Shown: in pieces, positions 56,626 to 64,000 of the stretch
How positions within the stretch are numbered: position 1 is the first letter of the stretch
Layout: each line of letters starts with the position of its first letter
NCBI GenBank assembly: GCA_040357565.1
Contig: JBDODJ010000054.1
Source: Cercozoa sp. M6MM
Taxonomy: Eukaryota > Protista > Endomyxa: Ascetosporea
DNA: 64,000 nucleotides
Strand: one strand, 5' to 3'
Position numbers and translations under genes: made by a program
Notes under the pieces: model-generated
What the model saw: only the letters and a program-made list of their open reading frames with translations
Databases searched by the model: none
Told to the model about the DNA's origin: nothing

Positions 56626-59600
56626 ATGACCCGCGAGAGGTCGCGGCAGCTTGATCTTGAAATCTCGATCGATTATGGCTCGGAATCGTCTGAACAGTAT
56701 TATTTTTCACTAATGAAGGTTTTGTGGGATGCTACACCCACTGTCTGTGCCTTCAGAAGCACTAATCACGACAGCGAACTGTTGAAAGCAATTGTGCTGT
56801 ATGCATTTCAGCGACGGCACAGACACGAAAAGCGCCCTTCGCTGTCGGGATTGCTGCAAAGTTACCGCGAGGTACTTTAATTCACTAAGTGCATCAAAAT
56901 AACCCCGCTCTGTGTCAGGTGTTGCGCAAGCGACAACTGTCGGCCAGTAAAGACGTATACGCCTATCGTGCGTTGCTGCTTTTGGCACGAGACGAAACGC
57001 TCAAGTCGTGGCAGTCGTTACTCCATGCAATCGATGTGTCTAGCACGCAAGGCAATGTGCCCAGCAACGTTCTTGGTTCCTCCAAGAACGCTTATTGTGA
57101 TATACGCGCCCAATCTGAACGAAAGCTGGAAGCTTGTGCGTGTGAGTCCACTCGAGAGAGTCATTGGGAGTTTTCGACAGAGAGACAAAGCAAACGACGC
57201 TGTTGCAGGCACGATGGTGAGGAAAAGATACAATCGCACAAAGAAGAAAGTTTCGAGACCAAGCCGGCATTCAAGCCTGACCGGACCAATCACAGAGAAA
57301 AACGAAGCAAGAAGAAGCGACAATCGTGTACACGCAAACTGCGACATATGCATCGTGTTCAACAGGTACTGTAGTCAGCTTTCTCCTAGCCTTGCAACAA
57401 AGAACAAATGTAGAGAGAAAAGAAGCGCCGGCGAATTGAACAAGAGAAGCGCGGTTTCGTGTTCTTCCTTCGTCGAAACTTTGCGCGCTTTCTATCTGCT
57501 GCTGCTGAGGTATCCGCGGCATACTTTTACTAGCACAAGTGTTTCTCGCTCACAGCTTTATCAATGACAGTTGTCTCTGTGGAGAAAAGCGGACCGCGAG
57601 CACGTTCACAAGCATGTCAGTCACCTTCAAACCCTCTGTCGTGTAAGTCTCTACCTCAATCAACATTCGGTTTAAAAACATGTTGCACGGCTGCATCTTT
57701 GTAGGAGAAGAAAGTAGGAAGAACAAAAGAGGATATATTGAGAAGCAGAGCGCAAAACTACCTCAAACAACGCATACGGCAAGGTTCCGTTTTGTTCGTG
57801 CTGCGTGTGCGTCATGCCGCACTCTTAAAAAGGCAGAACCGCGAGCTCGCCTCTCAGGTGCTATCGCTCATTCTAATCCAATAATGATGATGTTGACTTG
57901 TTTGTGGTACAGGCACAATTGCACCGCATGAAACTGCACGTAATCCATTGGAGGCAGTACACGAAGCGGTGCAACAAAATATGCATCAAGGTGCTCCCCA
58001 AAGGAGGCAGCACGAAGCGTTTCAGCACGTTCAGTAGCACTCACAGCATTGCTTGCAGCGCACGCAGCAGCGAATTGTCTGCACGAACGCCAGTTCTCCG
58101 GTGTTCAACTCACAGTACTGCGCAGTTCAGCAGTACCAGCTGCAAAGGCAGTGCAAACAATACAACCAAGCCTCTCCAATTGAAGGTGAAGCGACGCATG
58201 GACCGTGAGGTATGTTTGATGTGTTTCATTTTGGTTGGTTTTTTTCGGACATACCTTGCCGTGAAATACAGCATGCGAAGAAGATTTTCCATTTGTGGCG
58301 TCAGCAAAATGCTTTTTCACAGCAGCTGCTAGAGCGTGCTGTGGTGTGTCGCACCGTGTTGTGCATCTCGCTGTCTACGCGCAAGTGGCAGCTAGCTAGC
58401 CGTCGCACTCTGGTAATAGTTCACTTTACCCAAGTCTCGCAAGCTGTTCTATCACACTAACTAGTAGGAGAAGAAACACACCATTCGAGCCGGAGACCGT
58501 TTTCGGGCGGACACGGTGCAGTGGCATGCTTGGTTGCGCTGGCGCTCGCTATGGCGGATGCGCTACCAAGCTTTCTTGTTTCGGTACTTTACTTCAGTGC
58601 TGTGAGCGCTGTGGAGGTATCTCAGTTGAAAACAGAAAGGTGAAGGCGCTGCAATGGTGGAAATGCGCACGCAAGGTTCATACCATCGAAACGTCTGCCG
58701 CACTGGTTCCACGAACGCCCATTCGTAGCTACTTGCGATTTTGGCACGTGTATGCGGTAAAATTCTTCCTTTGTGAATGTAAAAGTCCCCAATGTCACAA
58801 GGCAATGCGCAGACTAGAAAGATAAAGTGCGAAATGAAATTAACTCATGCGAGCAAAGTGATAGTGCGACCCGGGGCACGTGGTGCACTAAGGGAATGGC
58901 ACCACATGTGTCAAGTCACACGCGCATGTGCGTTGATCAAGCAAGCACGCACAAGAGACGTGTTGAAAAGGTACCCGCTGGCTCCACTACCAATCGTTTC
59001 AGTTGTTTGGCAGGCACATCTGCATTTGCAGGAAGTGGAACGCGTGGTTTTTTGCGTGCGTCAGCGCAGCCAAGATTCTTCACACGGCGACGACGCATCG
59101 TCGGCGTCTCTTCCTGTGCTTTCGCCTTCACAGAGACACCGTGCTGATGATACTCTTGTTCTATGCATCGATTTTCGCAGAAAAGAAGCGGTGGAAAGTA
59201 TCCGGGAATGGAGAGCACTCGTTTTTATTCGTCGCACGGTACACGATTGTCAGAATTGCATTGCCGTTGAAAATAAGCTAAATTGCGTAGGTGCCCAAGT
59301 GCGACAGAAGATGGCCCATCAAACAGCGCGAATGGTGCTGCAGCACATGCTGCTGGCAGCGAAACTGCGCAGACTCGTTTGCTGCTCCGTGCTGAGGCAG
59401 TGCTTCCATGTTCTGTATGTGCTCGATTCAAACGAAGTAGACAGTTCTTCATTAACCATGATGCAAAGCAAACACTATCTAAGGTACAAAATCTCTCTTA
59501 AGCAAACACATGACAGTTTTCAACAGATTCTGGCGCACGCAAGCTCGAACAGAGAACTCGCTGCGACAAGCAAGCGCTGTCGCCGTGTCGAGACGCTTCG

Positions 59601-62600
59601 TTTCGCAGTGTGCGCAAAGTTGCAAGCATTGGCACCAACACAGCATGTCGCACCGACAGGCTCGCGAAAACGTGCGATATCAGCGGTTGACGCGTCTGTT
59701 GCTGCTACAACGGCAGTGCGTGTTTCAGTGGCGACAACACGTACGTGACAATTCCGCAAAAAGAGCGACGTGCCAAGCACTGCGCATGCTGCAGCATGTA
59801 CGACACTGGACTCGCGTAGCTCGTACCAACAAAACGTATCTTCCACTTTAAAAGACCAAAGGAATAAAATACATTTTGATACAGTATTTCTGTGAATTCC
59901 AGCTCGCTGGCAAAGGCGGAAATCGTGGCTTCCAGAACGCTTCTCGTCGTCCAAAAGAGTGTGTTTGATGCCATGCGAGGTTCGTTTTTTCTTGACGTTT
60001 TCGATCGCGAATTCGAACGTACTTTGACCTGTGTAGTTGTTCAACGGGGTCGCACACTGAAGCGCCTCATTAAGAATGAAGCCATGACGAGTACGCTAAA
60101 GGTGACAACTTCCTCGCTGATCCTACTTTTGCAATACGTTTGTTTTTTTTATGCGCCGACAGTCTCTCGAGATCTTGCGAGCGGTGACTGCAAGGACGGG
60201 CGTGCGTCGCGAGACTTCACGAGTCACGCAGGTGCCGCTTCGCACCACATTGCAACAATGGCAGTGGCAAACTCTGAAGCAACGCGTTGCCTTGCAGTAC
60301 CGACGGTAGTGTCTCTCCTAAAGCGACAGTAGCACAAAATAACTTGCCCTTATGTAGGAACCTGCTGTTACCATCGTATTGGCACACATGGCGCGTGCAC
60401 GCATTCGCGCTTCATCGAAGAAACTCGAAAGATCTGCAAACACTCACACTGGTATGCTCCTGTAATCTATGCTTTGTATCCCCATGGTGAGCAACTGAAA
60501 CCCAGTAGGTGCTGAAACTCTGGCACTCGCACTCAGTGTGCCGACGACATGCGAGAACTGCGATTGAACACGTCTTGGCCAAGAGGATCACAAAACAACG
60601 CGACAGAGCCAAAGCGACAGCACTCAGGAATGTCATCGCTCACATTGCGTGTGTCCGCAAGCAGTTTCAGCAGGTGTGCCACACCACGCGACGAGTGGCA
60701 AAATCGAGTGCACTGGCTGGTTTGAAACAAAGCACTGCCCACGAGGTTTCATTGGACGCGCTGGTGCAGGCCTTCGCACATGGTACCCTGGGGCATATCT
60801 TAGCTCAACTGCGACAGTGCCTGTGTTATGTGAGCCACGCAGGGCTCAAACAGACGCGTGCGCATATGAGTGTAAAGTTATGGCATATATACTCCCGACG
60901 ACAGCAGCAACGGCAGTACTGCGCCGAAGCTATCGCTCTCAATACTGTCAACAATGTGGTGCGTATTTCACACTCCACAAGCCGCAACGCTTTCTTTTTT
61001 ATGAATGCTGTGACATACAGACACGAGAGGCACTGCTTCTTTGGAAGGAGCGACAGCAGGAACGAAGTCAGTGTCGCCAATCTATACTGTGTGCTGTGCA
61101 CAGGGACACACGGCACAAACTGCGCGTAATTTTTCTCTTCATTTGTTTCCCTGTTTATGGCGTGTATCATCGGGTTCCCATGCATTCAGAGTGCTCTCAG
61201 TGCACTGCACAATTTTACTTACGTCGTTGCTGACACCGTAAAATTTCGCGCACGAGATAACGTTTCGTGCGTGAAACATGTTCGTTTGCTTGGCAGGAGC
61301 AGCAACATTCGGAATTGCTTTCACGTGCACAATTGCGGCACAACTACGCACACAAGCGAGTACCTTTATCTCTTGTTGGTGCCTCGTAATTGAGCCACGA
61401 TTGTTACTCGTGTGATGACACAGGCCTTGTTCACACAGTGGCATGAATACGCCACAACGAAACGAACCCGTCAGCGTCGTGCCCGATTGCTGACGATGCG
61501 CCGACAGCAGCGGCAACATCTCGCTTTGCTGCACTTCGTGTTTGCTACCTGGACACAAAAGTACCTTTCATTTTGCCTTTGAGCGCACGACTCATCATCA
61601 TGTGTCAGGCACCAACTCAGTGTCAAAGCGAGTCACCGGGTCACGCAGGTGCGGCGCGAGTTTGAACGAAACGCACTACGAAAGGTGTTCACACGCTGGT
61701 TGCGCCAGTCGTTTCTGTCGTCTAAAACACGTACACCTTGTCATACAAATACCATACAGATTGTATAGCTGCATTTGACTTGTCTTAAAGGTCACTGCTT
61801 CGTGGGCTTCATGCGCTTTCGCGCAGAAGGATGTCTCTTTCGATGGCGACATGTGGCTCAGTTACGAGCGATGGGCTCCTCCGCGCGAAAGCAATTTACG
61901 TTGCGCAGACAACAGCGAGCGTTTTCCATCATGCTGCGTTTGTGTCGGTACCGTAGATGAGCCCCGCTCTCAGATATTTGTATTCGAGGTGTGCGACAGA
62001 CAAAATAGGGCTCTTCGAAAGGTGAACACCCGGCAACGTGACCGGTTAAGCACCGCAGTGGTTGCACGGCATGCATTGAAGGTATGTATACATATTTACT
62101 GGTGACACAGTAGGATTGCTAGGTAGTTTTATCAAGGAACATGAGGTTTCTCAGGCACTGCACTCCGGTGATAAAAAGCACAAGGCCGAATTGAGTGTTG
62201 CCGATGGTTTTTCACGGCACATTTTGCTCGGCGATGCACTCGCTGTGTGGTACGAATAGAATTAATTTCACTCACCGGGCCTAATCATGTACTTTTGCAG
62301 GAGAGACTGGAGACAGCGTACCGAACAAGCGGACAAGGTTGCTCTATGGCACATCACGAGCACGCAAAAACGTGCGCTGCTACAGTGGGCTGGGCTTCTC
62401 TTGCTGAGGTAAGCTTGAGGCAAAAATTGCTCTCTGTAAGTACTCTTCAGTGTTTAAATGGTCTGTGCCCTACAGGAGAGATATCTGCGTATGCATGAGC
62501 AACGTCATCGACGGTTCCCGCAGACAGCAGGTGTCCGCAGCACTGCTGGCACTCATGCGACTATCTACTGGCAGACAATATGCTCCGCACGCTGAATCGC

Positions 62601-62743
62601 ACAACCTAGAATTCGCCGACGACAAAGCTGCACCGCCAACTTCCACATTTGTCGACGTTGACATGCATGTGGGTGAACACGGTCGCAGCATCACCGGCAG
62701 CGAAGGCACTAGTACTGTGATGTCCACAAGCATTCAGGCCTAA
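56626..62743 (+). CDS. SFI1: Sfi1-like centrin-binding centrosomal/basal-body protein, many exons
   Basis: N-terminal LSGLLQSYRE|VLRKRQLSASKDVYAYRALLLL resembles the Sfi1 N-terminal motif. Many spaced F/L-x-x-W-R/K repeats follow (IFHLWRQ, ALREWHH, SIREWRA, VFQWRQH, LFRWRH, LKLWHS). Exon structure only partly resolved. Confidence 0.7.
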
Positions 62744-62959
62744 TTTGGTCGCGTTCAACCAACTTAAAATGTGTATACAGTACGCTACACTACACTGTTT
62801 CCTCGTCCGGTACTGTCGCGCCAGCATCCGTCGTTTTCGCCGCATCTCGTCCGTACTGTCGTGCCAGTCGGTTTACTTCGGTTGCTTGGTCCGATCACAC
62901 GACGTTTGATCAGGTCGACGCCATGCCAGGCACAGCAGAGCCTTTAATCTTGATTCGAT

Positions 62960-63971
62960 TCACTTGAGTTTCGCGCGTCGCGCCGGTCTACCAACTCAGC
63001 AAGCAGCGCCTATAAACAGCGCAGAGACAAGTCAGCGGAATGCGAAGTGTACACGAGTGCTTGAGGGAAGGAGTTGAGGGACAGTACCTTTCCGAGAGGT
63101 GTTTGCATACGACCACTGACACTGTGGTAAAAGTCGGCCAAGTCGAGATCATCGGGTTGATTTTCCTCGACCTCATACTCGCTCGCCTGCAGAATCATTT
63201 CTATTTTATCGAAGTCCTTGACGAGCTGGGCCTCGGGTGTCAGCGACTCCTCGTACTCGCGCCACAAACTGAAAACCTCGCAGGCCATGTCAGCGCAGCC
63301 AAAGGTCTCTGTTTTTGCCAGACCGGTAGGGATGCGCAATGCCAAAGACACGGGAAACACAGATACCCAAGCACAGGTCGCGCATCGCATTCAATTCGAT
63401 CTGCTGTTTTTCGGCCTTGGAAACACCGGAGATGGATTCGGGCGGAATGTCACCCACAACGGCTGTCGAAAATGAGTGATTCTTTGGGTCAAACCAATGA
63501 TGAGACAATGAAGATATACACCCTCAGCCAGGTCGTGAACGAGAGCGATTCGCATTCTTCAATTCATAAAATTGACTTTTACAACAAAATTTGAATTTGT
63601 GAAGGTACACGCGGTCGCGATCGACTTGCACTGAGTCGCCGAGAGCCAGTGTTATTGCCGCCTTCGCGTGCAGACAATGCGGGAATACATGCACCTGACA
63701 GAGACGGGTTAGACATACTGGGAGGCAGTTACCATGCGAAAGCTGTGTTCGGCGACACTTTCGGGTCGATTGACTCCACGCAGTGCCCACCCAGTGCGTA
63801 CTTGCCTCTTGCTGAAAACAATTACCGCATCGACATGTTTAGAGTTCTGCGCTAGCCACGGTCCTACAGTTTCCCGACTGCCGTCGCGAACTACAACGGA
63901 AAACGGATAATCCTACAAGACAATCCGATAACGCACTGTACCGACAAAATGCGCTTTACGGCCGTCTCCAT
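62960..63971 (-). CDS. HDDC2: HD domain-containing protein 2 (5'-deoxynucleotidase), multi-exon
   Basis: Spliced METAVKRILS|FATAVGKL|KRQVRTGWALRGVNRPESVAEHSFRM..RIALVHDLAE|AVVGDIPP..LWREYEESLTPEAQLVKDFDKIEMILQASEYE. Confidence 0.95.
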
Positions 63972-64000
63972 ACGCTAAAACCCAAAAGCAAAAAAAAAAA

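Overview
Gene-dense, intron-rich eukaryotic (protist-like) nuclear DNA. I can support about 22 spliced protein-coding genes, many in tight head-to-head pairs. Introns are short GT-AG introns, often inflated by (TG)n/(CA)n microsatellites and C-rich minisatellites. Recognisable genes: DDX20-like DEAD-box helicase (partial), CLPTM1, TFIIA-gamma, BBS8/TTC8, an SRP54-like C-terminus, SNF1/AMPK-like kinase, SNAP-25-like SNARE, CLK/LAMMER kinase, a divergent histone H3, a tandem-PX protein, APC2, an Sfi1-like centrin-binding protein and HDDC2. Most notable: (i) a giant type-II membrane protein combining four copies of an unrecognised two-Cys repeat, three fibronectin-type-II-like modules, several LRR blocks and a Cys-rich tail; (ii) a chromodomain + two LSD1-type zinc fingers + HMG-like protein missed by the ORF track; (iii) an intron-containing DUF2332 gene of bacterial type and a DUF1349-like gene, both candidate horizontal transfers; (iv) a C2 + actin-bundling (ABP34 C-terminal-like) fusion; (v) 5' splice sites dominated by GTAC/GTAG/GTGC rather than GTRAGT; (vi) a ~250-bp CACTG...CAGTG fold-back element. 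I recognised no rRNA, tRNA or CRISPR array. Gene models were spliced by eye and family calls rest on remembered motifs, not searches.
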